Source: Bacteroidales bacterium
Lineage (GTDB): Bacteria > Bacteroidota > Bacteroidia > Bacteroidales > GCA-2748055
Direction of reading: 5' to 3'
DNA length: 64,000 nt
NCBI GenBank assembly: GCA_030589895.1
Contig: JAUUZQ010000004.1
Location: forward strand, 2,951 to 66,950
Shown here: positions 49,188 through 58,511 of the stretch, piece by piece
How positions within the stretch are numbered: the first letter of the stretch is position 1
Layout of the letters: the number at the start of each line of letters is the position of its first letter
Made by a program: the position numbers and the translations under genes
Notes under the pieces: generated by a model
The model's database searches: none
Told to the model about the DNA's origin: nothing
What the model saw: the letters and a program-made list of their open reading frames with translations, nothing else

Positions 49188-49279
49188 GGTTCGGAGTTCA
49201 GAGTTCTGAGTTCAGAGATCAAAAATCAAAGTTCAGAGTCCAGAGATTAAAATTCAGAGTGCAAAATTCAGAGTTCAGG
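49188..49279. repeat. TTCAGAG-word array (8 copies including TTCTGAG and TCCAGAG variants)
   Basis: Copies at 49197, 49204, 49211, 49232, 49239, 49253 and 49267, plus TTCAGG at 49274. The array fills almost the whole convergent spacer. Confidence 0.85.
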
Positions 49280-49288
49280 CAGCAATAA

Positions 49289-51031
49289 TTAGCGCAATAC
49301 TTTCCTTACAAATGCAACAGTAAAATAGGACATCAGGAATAATCCTGCGAATCCTTCTACAGAAGAGACCCATCTTATAGATTTATATGGAAAATGATCG
49401 CCATAGCCAATGGTTAGGAATGTAATGGCACTATGGTAAAATGATCGTGCAAATACAGAGAGACTGTCATCAACAGAGGCAATGATATCACCGGAATTTG
49501 TCAAGATCAAGACAACATACAGCAGACTGAAAAATATAAATATTGAAAACATGGTAATCAATACACGAATTGGACTCGTTGCATAGAGTCCGGCTTTATC
49601 AAATAAGGCTTTCTTAAACCAATGCAAGGGATAAGTCCAGAAAAGATTGATCTTATGTTTCTCATTCATATCTATAAGGTCCGCTTTGGCCTCATGTCTT
49701 TTAAACTCTACATATGCTTTGTCCTCATCTTCATACTGTCCGGTCAGACTAAAGTTTTCTTTTAGTATTCTGAATTGTTCAGCCCTCATCCTCTCATCGC
49801 TATCCTCCTGAGAAGTTATCAACTGCTTTACATGGTTCTTCTTCCAGTTAATATATATTCTGCCAATCAGCCTCATGCCTGCAAATCTTATTGTATCTAC
49901 TTCCAGATCAAATTCATGAGGATTTAAATCGATAATATCCCTTACAATTGTATTGGAGAGATCAATAGAATTACATTTATACAATCGCAGATCAACATAT
50001 GCATCTAAATGACAGAATCGGAAAGACATACTTTTAAATGCTGATTTGTAAAATGAGATATTACCAATTCCAAAATCGGTGCGTTCAAAGCTTACATCTA
50101 TATTCTCAAATACAGCCTCTTCAAAACTTACATTCCCCTTTCCAATTTCCACACGTTTAAAACTAAATTTACCAGCTTTCATTTCACTGGCTTCAAAACT
50201 CACCTCGCCATCACTAAATTGTGCCCGGTTGAAATTCACTTTCCCGGTTCCAAATTCAACAGTTCGAAAATCAACCCTGCCACTCCCAAATTCGGCACGT
50301 TCAAAGCTGACTGCATTTGAATGGAATCTCGCATAATGAAAATCAACTTTCCCCTTGCCAAAACGAGTTACTTTAAATGAAATATTTCCGTTGCCAAAAT
50401 CAACATTGATAAAGCTTACATCTCCATCCCCAAAATCAGTATTTGCAAAAATAACATCTCCCTCCCCAAACTCTGTATATTGAAAATCCTTGTCACCCGT
50501 ACCGAAAATTGCATTCTTAAAATTTACTTCTGCATTTCCAATGACAACATTTTTAAAATCAAATCTATAATCTGAAAATTTTACATCATGAAAGCTGACT
50601 AATTTGCATTCAAATACTGCTGAATCGAAATTAAATGCGCCTCTGTGAAGCCACGAAGATGTAATATCGAAACTCTCACCTTTAAAAATTGAATGGGTAA
50701 AATCGAATGATTGATGTGAGTCAAAAAATGCATTCCGGGCTGAAAAATTCTCTATTACAACAACTGACTTCTTATCCAACCCTCTTGAAACCCTATAGTT
50801 TTCCAAAGATAACCTGCTAATGTAGCACTGATCAAGGTTGATTGTTTTGCCCTCATCAATCCACTTATATATATCTTCTTCTTCTAGAAATCCCAATAAT
50901 TCTATAATTGGCTTGGTACGTCCTGCCACTACGAATGATACTACAGCAGTATTAGGAAATGTCTCACCACTTTCCGCAGTAAAATTCTCTTTTGTTATCT
51001 CAACTTGAAATGATAAATAACCCGGAATCAT
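49289..51031 (-). CDS. 2-TM potassium-channel pore (TIGYGD) fused to a long 12-residue-repeat N-terminal domain
   Basis: C-terminus: TM1, pore helix, selectivity filter FLTIGYGD, TM2. N-terminus: about 20 consecutive 12-aa units such as VSFINVDFGNGN, ISFKVTRFGKGK and VDFRTVEFGTGK. Confidence 0.8.
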   Translation of the reverse strand: MIPGYLSFQVEITKENFTAESGETFPNTAVVSFVVAGRTKPIIELLGFLEEEDIYKWIDEGKTINLDQCYISRLSLENYRVSRGLDKKSVVVIENFSARNAFFDSHQSFDFTHSIFKGESFDITSSWLHRGAFNFDSAVFECKLVSFHDVKFSDYRFDFKNVVIGNAEVNFKNAIFGTGDKDFQYTEFGEGDVIFANTDFGDGDVSFINVDFGNGNISFKVTRFGKGKVDFHYARFHSNAVSFERAEFGSGRVDFRTVEFGTGKVNFNRAQFSDGEVSFEASEMKAGKFSFKRVEIGKGNVSFEEAVFENIDVSFERTDFGIGNISFYKSAFKSMSFRFCHLDAYVDLRLYKCNSIDLSNTIVRDIIDLNPHEFDLEVDTIRFAGMRLIGRIYINWKKNHVKQLITSQEDSDERMRAEQFRILKENFSLTGQYEDEDKAYVEFKRHEAKADLIDMNEKHKINLFWTYPLHWFKKALFDKAGLYATSPIRVLITMFSIFIFFSLLYVVLILTNSGDIIASVDDSLSVFARSFYHSAITFLTIGYGDHFPYKSIRWVSSVEGFAGLFLMSYFTVAFVRKVLR

Positions 51032-51176
51032 ATTTGATTGTCTTTTCTATCCAATAAAGATATAAATTAGTTGGGAAAATACGTACTGTCGTTATGAACA
51101 GGCTATTTCTGCGTGTCTCAAATCTGCGCTTCCCTTTTATATATTGTATTTTGAAGGCTCATAACAACAAACTTAT

Positions 51177-51192
51177 GAACCCCGAAGGGCTC
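51177..51192 (-). terminator. Hairpin with TTCG loop downstream of the AddB-like gene
   Basis: Minus strand reads GAGCCC-ttcg-GGGTTC, about 33 nt after the stop. The downstream T-tract is weak. Confidence 0.35.
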
Positions 51193-51225
51193 AAGGTAGT
51201 TAATAATGAAGGTAGAATCCAGACA

Positions 51226-54084
51226 CTAGGTTCGCTGACAGATAACACTAAAATCACAGTACTTACAACGATCAGTAATACTGGTTTGTCTGAATGGAAT
51301 TTCCGAATTATAGATCTCTTCCATAAGTAATAGCAGATACGATTCAAACTGCTCTTTGTGCGCAACAAAATTCTCCAATTCCCGGATATCTTTTCGTTCT
51401 CCCATTCTAAATCCCGGAGAATAATCCTTTTTGAAAATCGATCTCATGACATACAGACCGGGCAGAACTGTTTCGACTGGGTTATCAGCCAGATAGATCC
51501 ATGAATAAAGAAGAGCCTGGAAAGCCTCCTTATTTCTGGTTTTGTGCTCTGTATCAAAAAGTGATTCAATAGAGGGGAAAGTCAATTTTGCATTTCCAGT
51601 CTTGTAATCAATAATCCTGAGCACACTGTCATTTGTCTTATCAATTCTATCTATCTTCCCTCCTATTGCAATACTCAATTCCCCATCAAGTGTTTCAATC
51701 TTAAGATCTGACAAATATTTTTCTTCCAGATCAATCAACTCAAAAGGTGCAATATTTATATCTGTCTTAATGATCTGATGCAAGTATTTTCTAATGATAT
51801 CAAATGTGATCAGGTTTTTCCCTTCGATCTCCCGATTGCGATCCGATTGGAAATAAACATCTCTGAATACCTCCATCAACACTTTATCCGTACCCTTATC
51901 TTTTAATAGACCTTCCAGCTTTTCTCTTTGAAGCAAAGGGCTCTCCTTTTTAAGCTTTTCATAAAGCTCAGCAATCGTATCATGAACTATTATACCCAAT
52001 CCAATAGCATCAACTTCTTCACTTACTTCCTCACCTTTTCTTATCCGAAGAAGATTCTGGTAATAAAACTTCAATGAACATTCCAGGTAAGTATTCAGCG
52101 CGGATGGAGAAAGGTAGCTAAGCGTTTTATTGCCTGAATGATATCTTTTTAAGAGCTCCATTACTTCAGGCGTTTTTTTAATCTCAGGCAGCCTCTTTTC
52201 TGATGCCAGAACAGAGAGTACAGGTCTGATGATCTCAGCTCCCATATCGTATTTCATCTGGTAGAGATATCGGCTCATTTCGCCACTTTTCACACCTTCC
52301 GCTGAACTATTAAACAGAAGATCCACCCTCTCAGCCCTCTGTATAAGTCTGAAAAAATAGAATGCATAAATAGCATCCATCTCCTCCCTTGTAGGCAAGT
52401 GATAAGCAAATCGCAATGAATATGGGATGAAGGAGTTTCCCTGATTACTGCGAGGCATAATCTCCTCATTCATTGATAATAAAATGACATTTTTAAAATC
52501 CAGCAAGCGCGTTTCCAGGATACCCATAACTTGCAATCCGGCAAGCGGCTCCCCAATAAACGGAACCCTTTGATTTATAAGTATCTTCCTGAAAAGACGA
52601 ATAAATGTCAGCAATTCAATCTCACTCCTGTCTTTTAACAGATCAGAAAGTTTATTGAGCCTGGTCAGGAGAAGTAAGACATATTCCTTTTCAAGTTCAG
52701 TATATTGCTGGTCTTCCAGAGATTGCAACTTCTTGAGGATATAGCGAAATATCCTGTCAAAAGATTCAATTAGTTGTGTAACAGTCTGAATATCACCAAA
52801 TATCAGATTATCAAAATCTTGAGTAAAGAATGAGGGAGCGATATAGACCCTGTTTTCTATGGCTATTTTTTCTTGTATTCGCGTTGTCGTTTCATCTGAA
52901 ATTAATCTGTAATACTGATGGTTCAATACGCTCAAGACATCCTTGTAATAGAACTGGCCCTTCCCTGACTTACTTCGCCTAATATTTCTTACCAGTTTTA
53001 ATATGGCCTCTAAAAGTCCAAACATGGGTGTATTCCGAAATGGATATCCCATGGTAATGTTGACATCATCGATCTTTTCCGGTAATGAAACAAGGACAGG
53101 CATCAGCAGGTTTTCATCGCATGCTACAATAGCTGTATCATTAACATCTTCGATAAGCTCCTCACGCTCAGAAAGAATTTTGTGAACTGTTTTAGCCTGC
53201 AAAATATCAGTAGGAAGATCGAATATCCTGATCTCCTTTTTGCCATTGAGCTCATCAAAGATATTCAAATCATCAGCAGGTGGAAAGGCAATTAGATTTT
53301 CTCTCATAAACCGCCCTGCTTCCATGTTGCTATCAGCTATATACTTCTTGTCATAATCCCAATAAAATGAAGTAACTCCCTTCCCTTTAAGCCTTTTGAA
53401 CAACATAAGCTCACACAAACTCAGTGCATTAAACCCAATAAAGATGTAGTTTTTAGCTTCCAGTTTTTTATCAAGTTCCACAATATCCAGTTCAGCCACC
53501 TCCCTGTAAATCATTCCCTCATACCCTGTCATTTGGGATTTTAAGAGATTAGTGAGCTTGTGGTACAGTTTCGGCAGAATCTCCCATGTTTGAAGAAAAA
53601 CCTCCTTTTCCTTGCTCATATCTCCATCATGAAAGTTCTTCCAGAATTTTCGGATATACTCTACCTGTTCCTCTTCCAAGCCCCCAAATTTCTCATCAAT
53701 TTCCTTTAACTCCTTGATATTCTTAAAAATCTCTTCTGGATTTACCAGGTATTTATCCAGATGATCAAAGTCACTCACCATCATTTCTCCCCATGGAAAA
53801 AACTCATCAAAACTATCGGGAGTCGGGACCAGAGATTTGTAAATATCATATAATTCAAATTGAATATCTATTGGATCTGCCAGTTGAAGAGAGCTTAAAT
53901 CCTGCATAAGTTCATTGATGGTACGAATCTGCGGAAGCCACATTGTATCTTTCGTGTGCAGAGCTAAAAATCGTTGAAAAAACAAGCCTGACCTTCTGTT
54001 GGGAAATATGAGTGCAAATTCGCTCAAGGACTTCCCATGTTTATCAAGAAGATGTTTTGCCAGTATTTCTAAAAATATATTCAT
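51226..54084 (-). CDS. addB: PD-(D/E)XK nuclease family protein, AddB-like subunit
   Basis: 952 aa. The C-terminal nuclease domain has the 4-Cys iron-staple pattern (YLECSLKF ... CKYCDFSVIC). No Walker A at the N-terminus. Confidence 0.75.
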   Translation of the reverse strand: MNIFLEILAKHLLDKHGKSLSEFALIFPNRRSGLFFQRFLALHTKDTMWLPQIRTINELMQDLSSLQLADPIDIQFELYDIYKSLVPTPDSFDEFFPWGEMMVSDFDHLDKYLVNPEEIFKNIKELKEIDEKFGGLEEEQVEYIRKFWKNFHDGDMSKEKEVFLQTWEILPKLYHKLTNLLKSQMTGYEGMIYREVAELDIVELDKKLEAKNYIFIGFNALSLCELMLFKRLKGKGVTSFYWDYDKKYIADSNMEAGRFMRENLIAFPPADDLNIFDELNGKKEIRIFDLPTDILQAKTVHKILSEREELIEDVNDTAIVACDENLLMPVLVSLPEKIDDVNITMGYPFRNTPMFGLLEAILKLVRNIRRSKSGKGQFYYKDVLSVLNHQYYRLISDETTTRIQEKIAIENRVYIAPSFFTQDFDNLIFGDIQTVTQLIESFDRIFRYILKKLQSLEDQQYTELEKEYVLLLLTRLNKLSDLLKDRSEIELLTFIRLFRKILINQRVPFIGEPLAGLQVMGILETRLLDFKNVILLSMNEEIMPRSNQGNSFIPYSLRFAYHLPTREEMDAIYAFYFFRLIQRAERVDLLFNSSAEGVKSGEMSRYLYQMKYDMGAEIIRPVLSVLASEKRLPEIKKTPEVMELLKRYHSGNKTLSYLSPSALNTYLECSLKFYYQNLLRIRKGEEVSEEVDAIGLGIIVHDTIAELYEKLKKESPLLQREKLEGLLKDKGTDKVLMEVFRDVYFQSDRNREIEGKNLITFDIIRKYLHQIIKTDINIAPFELIDLEEKYLSDLKIETLDGELSIAIGGKIDRIDKTNDSVLRIIDYKTGNAKLTFPSIESLFDTEHKTRNKEAFQALLYSWIYLADNPVETVLPGLYVMRSIFKKDYSPGFRMGERKDIRELENFVAHKEQFESYLLLLMEEIYNSEIPFRQTSITDRCKYCDFSVICQRT

Positions 54085-54114
54085 CTGTTTCCAACTATAA
54101 ATTCCAAACTTCTC

Positions 54115-54156
54115 ACATCAAATATCTCATATCGCATATCTTACATCAAATATCTC
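54115..54156. repeat. 14-mer direct repeat ACATCAAATATCTC x2 with ATATC words between
   Basis: Copies at 54115-54128 and 54143-54156, in the 110-bp spacer upstream of the AddB-like gene. Confidence 0.75.
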
Positions 54157-54194
54157 CTAAAGGACATAATAGAGACCTGACACATGGTGCATCT

Positions 54195-55139
54195 CTAAGT
54201 ATGACTATACAAACGTCCCTGCCATGTTTCTCTTTCCTCCAATATTGTCTCAAACCTTCTCAACACCTGATCGTATCTTATGCCCCATCCTTTGCGAACT
54301 CCCATATCCAATCCAATTTCTCCGGCAATCCGCTCTATGGAAAAGGCCGGGTTCAGATGTTCAATTAAATCTGTCATTAACTGAAGGTACTCTTCCATAC
54401 TAAAATCACGAAATCGCTCTGGATGATCTCTGAATTCCAGCGCCATGCGGGTACCTTTAATGATTTGCAGCTGATGAAATTTAATATTGTTCAGAGGCAA
54501 AGCTGAGAGAACCTTCATTGCACTCATCCAATCACTTTTCTCCTCTCCCGGCAGACCGATAATCATATGTCCTCCAGTTCTAATACCGCGCCTGGCACTC
54601 TCCTCAATAGCAAAACGTGTGGTCTCAAAATCGTGCCCGCGGTTAATCGCCTGTAGTGTTTTATCAAGTACCGATTCAATTCCATACTCAAGGACGATGT
54701 ATTTATCCTTTGCCAGTTCAGCAAAATAATCCAGTATCTCTGCATTGACACAATCTGGCCGGGTTCCAACTACAATTCCAATTACATCGGGATACTCGAG
54801 TGCCGGTTGGTATATCTTCTTTAGTTCCTCCAGGGGAGCATATGTGTTAGAATAGGCCTGAAAATAAGCCACATACTTCTTTACCCTCCTGTAGCGAATC
54901 TTATGGAACTCTATTCCCTCAGCCAATTGTTGTGTTACCGGCTTGCAGGAACTATTGTATGATGGATTGAATGCCCTGTTGTCACAGTATGTACAGCCAC
55001 CTCTTCCAACACTGCCATCTCTGTTCGGACAAGTAAAACCTGCATTTACAGTGAGTTTCTGCACACGCTCTCCAAATCTCTGCTTGAGATAATCAGTATA
55101 GGAATAATACCTTCTGTCTGTTCCCCACGGGTATTTCAT
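54195..55139 (-). CDS. Radical SAM protein of the TIGR01212 (YhcC-like) type
   Basis: FTCPNRDGSVGRGGCTYC (CX11CX2C) cluster motif plus a TIM-barrel-like body. Its start lies 1 nt after the AddA-like stop. Confidence 0.8.
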   Translation of the reverse strand: MKYPWGTDRRYYSYTDYLKQRFGERVQKLTVNAGFTCPNRDGSVGRGGCTYCDNRAFNPSYNSSCKPVTQQLAEGIEFHKIRYRRVKKYVAYFQAYSNTYAPLEELKKIYQPALEYPDVIGIVVGTRPDCVNAEILDYFAELAKDKYIVLEYGIESVLDKTLQAINRGHDFETTRFAIEESARRGIRTGGHMIIGLPGEEKSDWMSAMKVLSALPLNNIKFHQLQIIKGTRMALEFRDHPERFRDFSMEEYLQLMTDLIEHLNPAFSIERIAGEIGLDMGVRKGWGIRYDQVLRRFETILEERETWQGRLYSHT

Positions 55140-55140
55140 A

Positions 55141-58100
55141 TTAATTCACTGTTACTATTTTATCCGACATTACATACCAAATATATCCCTCTATTCCAGT
55201 ATATCCCATCTGCCCTAAGAGGTCCATATAGATGCTTACCTGTTTTTCATATTTGCGCTCTTCGAGATCACCAAATTTATAATCCACGACAATTGTCTTC
55301 TCTTTAGTTTCAATTACCCTGTCAGGACGATAAGTACCTGATCCGGACACTAAAATTGTCCGCTCATTCTCAACAATTATATCACCATCAAACCACTCAC
55401 TGACATTTGATGCACTTATCTTTTCAGTGATCATCTTTTTCAGTTTCTCAGCTTCTTCCTTTTTCAGAATTCCTTCCCTTCTATATTTTTCTACAGCAGG
55501 ATCAATATCATTTACTGTTGAAATAAATCCAAACAATTCATGCATCAGATTACCGAAGTTAATATGGTCATCAATAGTGGATCCTTCTTTAAGAAAATAT
55601 TCATTGCTCTTCATATTAAGCCTTAGCCTTTCATCCCGAAAAATAATCGGGTACGCATCAAGGGGCCATTGCGGAATATCATCTACTGATTCTCCCTGTT
55701 CTGACAATGCTCCCAGTTCAAATCCTGTTTCAGAAATAATTTCAGATATATTCACCAGGTTTTCCCCGAAACTTTCCGCTCTCCCTGCTGCCTTCATAAG
55801 CAGATGCCCTGCTTTTGTAAGCTTCTTATCTTCTTCCAATACAGGCATTCCAATATATAAAGCATGCTCCGCCCTGGTCAATGCAACATATAAAAGATTC
55901 ATGCTATCAACATAACCCATAATCATCTCCTCAATATAATTAGCTGCAAAAATTGTATCCTTTAAATCGCTCTTATATTTCACCGGAACAATAGGAACAG
56001 TTTCAAATAGTGAGTCCTTTGTATTGCACCAGAGAATTGTATCGCGCTTTGCATCAGTCGTTAGCTCCCAATTACACAATGGGATTAAGACTGCCTTAAA
56101 TTGCAAACCTTTTGCTTTATGAATTGTCATAATCTGAATGGCATCCTGTCCGTCAGAAACATTTAAGGATTTTCTCTTCCCAAACTCCTCCCAATAATTA
56201 AGAAATTCATGGATACTGCCCTGCTCTTCCCTCTGAATCTCAATCACAATACTCTGAAATGCCTGGATGTAAGGTAAATCACTTTCCAGTTTATTCAGAC
56301 CAAAGGCATGGATAATATGCTCAGTAAGTTCAAAAAGGGGCAACCTTCTGATCATTGGAATTGATTTGACAAAATGCTCTGGCAATATCTCCTTAATGCT
56401 TTTTCCCGGATTAAGAATAGAATGTAGCTCGTCTGAATTTTGACCGGCTATTAATAGGTAAAAATACTTGGCATGCATCGTGCTCAACATATCATGCGAA
56501 TTGTCGAGGTAGGCTAATGTGCTTAAAATAAACCTGACAGAGCTGTTTTTATCGAGAAACAGGGATTCATTAGATACAAAATCAAAGCAGTATTTTTTCT
56601 CAGCGTTATTTTCCCTGTCGAAATCCATAAGCTTCTGAGCAACTGCAGTTCCCTCCGAATTATACCTGACAAGTATTGCAATATCTTTGGCACGATAACC
56701 CTTATCCTGCAGCTCCATGATCCATGTTGGAAGTTCATCCAATATACCCTCCCTGAAAGAAGTATCATTTTCATCCAGAACCACACCCTTTACAAAGCCT
56801 CCTGATCCAATTGATCGTTCGGGGATCTCTTGAATAACATCATGGTAAGCGATATCCAGTAAATTATTCCACTTCTCTCTGAAATGATCATCAATTCCCG
56901 GGGTTTCCATCTCAATTGAAAGTATTCCCTTAACTAATTCAGGAATTGAAGAGAAGAGTGAATTATTAAACTGAATGATTTTCTCTTTGCTTCTCCAATT
57001 TTCTGTAAGAGAGAGGGAAGTAGTTTCTTGTCCGGGGAAGGATTTTGTCACCCCGTCAGCCAGTATTTTCCAATCGGAGTTCCGCCACCTGTATATTGAT
57101 TGCTTTACATCGCCTACAATCAGATTTTCATTGTTGAACGACAAGGTATGGTCAATCAATGGTTTGAAGTTATCCCATTGAAATACAGAAGTATCCTGAA
57201 ACTCATCCAGCATCAGATGATTAAATACATTGCCTGTTTTCTCATATATAAATGGGGTAGGATTATCACCTATAAGTCCTTTTAAAAATCTGGAAGAGTC
57301 GTTAAGCAGGAAAAGGTTTTTCTCACTGGTGATGTCAAGAATCTTTGACGACAGATCATTTAAAATACCCAGGGTATAGACATAAGGATTAATGCTAAGA
57401 GCTGTTTTAATGATTCTTGTCTGCTCGTATATCTCTTTAAGCTTCGGCTGTAAAAGATGCTGAGACAGATCAGCTTTAGGAGTGTCAAAATCCTTTTCAG
57501 GAACCCATTTACTCAGATCGCTTATCGCTTTAAACTGACCCGGAGTCAGGAAATATTTCCCGCCCCCCATAATATTTTCAAAATATGCAGGAACACCTCT
57601 GCTCTTTTGCACAAATGAAAGCACTTCAAATCCTGCATTTGATATTTCTTGCAATCCCGCACCGGCAATTTCCTTTATCCTCTCCTCCGAATCTCTGATA
57701 ATCAGCTCCAACTGTTTTATATACTTCGTGAGCAGTTCTTTATCTATTATAACATCACTGTCCATCATCATGGATTGATAACTTTCAAGAAAGAGATCTT
57801 TCGACAAGTTTATAATATCATTTCTGAAATTCCAGCCCTTATCATTTTCAATTCTAGTTTCGGCAAATTTCAACAACCATGATCTGATCTCATTGTCCTC
57901 AGTAATATCAAGAAACATCCGGTCAACAGCTTCACTCAGTATTCTGTCACGATCCAACTCCAGGGTGAAGCCTGCCTGTAATCCAATTTCTCTTGCAAAT
58001 GCCCTTATCACTCCCTGAAAAAACTTATCAATTGTGCCAACAGTGAATCTCGAATAATCATTCAGAATTCTGATGAGCAGTAATTTTGCAGTCTTTGAAA

Positions 58101-58359
58101 TCTTCTCTTGCGACAATCCTGCATCAGCAATTAATAAGGCTACATCCCCGGATACCGAATCAGAAGAAGGATTTGAGAGATTGTATAACCTGTCGAGTAT
58201 CCTGGATTTCATCTCACTTGCTGCCTTGTTTGTGAAAGTTACTGCCAGAATATGCTTGTAATTCTCAGGATTTCTGAATAAAAGCTTCAGATATTCATAA
58301 GTAAGCTGGAATGTTTTTCCAGACCCGGCAGATGCTTTATAGACTTTAAGGGGAGACAT
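55141..58359 (-). CDS. addA: UvrD-type helicase fused to a C-terminal PD-(D/E)XK nuclease, AddA-like subunit
   Basis: Walker A ASAGSGKTFQL, DEFQDTS, TIHKAKGL and VALTRA helicase motifs; C-terminal RPDRV...VVDYKFG...QVSIY nuclease motifs. Confidence 0.85.
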   Translation of the reverse strand: MSPLKVYKASAGSGKTFQLTYEYLKLLFRNPENYKHILAVTFTNKAASEMKSRILDRLYNLSNPSSDSVSGDVALLIADAGLSQEKISKTAKLLLIRILNDYSRFTVGTIDKFFQGVIRAFAREIGLQAGFTLELDRDRILSEAVDRMFLDITEDNEIRSWLLKFAETRIENDKGWNFRNDIINLSKDLFLESYQSMMMDSDVIIDKELLTKYIKQLELIIRDSEERIKEIAGAGLQEISNAGFEVLSFVQKSRGVPAYFENIMGGGKYFLTPGQFKAISDLSKWVPEKDFDTPKADLSQHLLQPKLKEIYEQTRIIKTALSINPYVYTLGILNDLSSKILDITSEKNLFLLNDSSRFLKGLIGDNPTPFIYEKTGNVFNHLMLDEFQDTSVFQWDNFKPLIDHTLSFNNENLIVGDVKQSIYRWRNSDWKILADGVTKSFPGQETTSLSLTENWRSKEKIIQFNNSLFSSIPELVKGILSIEMETPGIDDHFREKWNNLLDIAYHDVIQEIPERSIGSGGFVKGVVLDENDTSFREGILDELPTWIMELQDKGYRAKDIAILVRYNSEGTAVAQKLMDFDRENNAEKKYCFDFVSNESLFLDKNSSVRFILSTLAYLDNSHDMLSTMHAKYFYLLIAGQNSDELHSILNPGKSIKEILPEHFVKSIPMIRRLPLFELTEHIIHAFGLNKLESDLPYIQAFQSIVIEIQREEQGSIHEFLNYWEEFGKRKSLNVSDGQDAIQIMTIHKAKGLQFKAVLIPLCNWELTTDAKRDTILWCNTKDSLFETVPIVPVKYKSDLKDTIFAANYIEEMIMGYVDSMNLLYVALTRAEHALYIGMPVLEEDKKLTKAGHLLMKAAGRAESFGENLVNISEIISETGFELGALSEQGESVDDIPQWPLDAYPIIFRDERLRLNMKSNEYFLKEGSTIDDHINFGNLMHELFGFISTVNDIDPAVEKYRREGILKKEEAEKLKKMITEKISASNVSEWFDGDIIVENERTILVSGSGTYRPDRVIETKEKTIVVDYKFGDLEERKYEKQVSIYMDLLGQMGYTGIEGYIWYVMSDKIVTVN

Positions 58360-58370
58360 TGTTTAAAGTT

Positions 58371-58438
58371 AAAGAAAAAGTGAAAAGGAAAAAGGAAAAA
58401 GTGAAAGGAAAAGTGAAAAGTGAAAAGGAAAAAGGAAA
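58371..58438. repeat. Purine tract built of GTGAAA(A)G and GGAAAAA words
   Basis: GTGAAA at 58380, 58401, 58413 and 58420. It is the reverse complement of the CTTTTCAC words at 16478-16590. Confidence 0.85.
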
Positions 58439-58485
58439 TTTGGATCAGAATCTCAATTTCATTTTATGATTCCCATATAATTCCC

Positions 58486-58493
58486 TAATTTTG
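58486..58493 (+). promoter_or_regulatory. Candidate -7 box TAATTTTG
   Basis: TAnnTTTG 19 nt upstream of the mnmA TTG start. Confidence 0.35.
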
Positions 58494-58511
58494 CCACCAA
58501 ATTAATCTGTT

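Noticed and set aside
51226-58359. The helicase-nuclease pair as an anti-phage defence system
   Set aside because: The domain content matches the housekeeping AddAB recombination enzyme: UvrD helicase plus RecB-type nuclease, with a partner carrying the 4-Cys iron-staple nuclease. No methylase, ATPase-toxin or other defence-island genes are adjacent.
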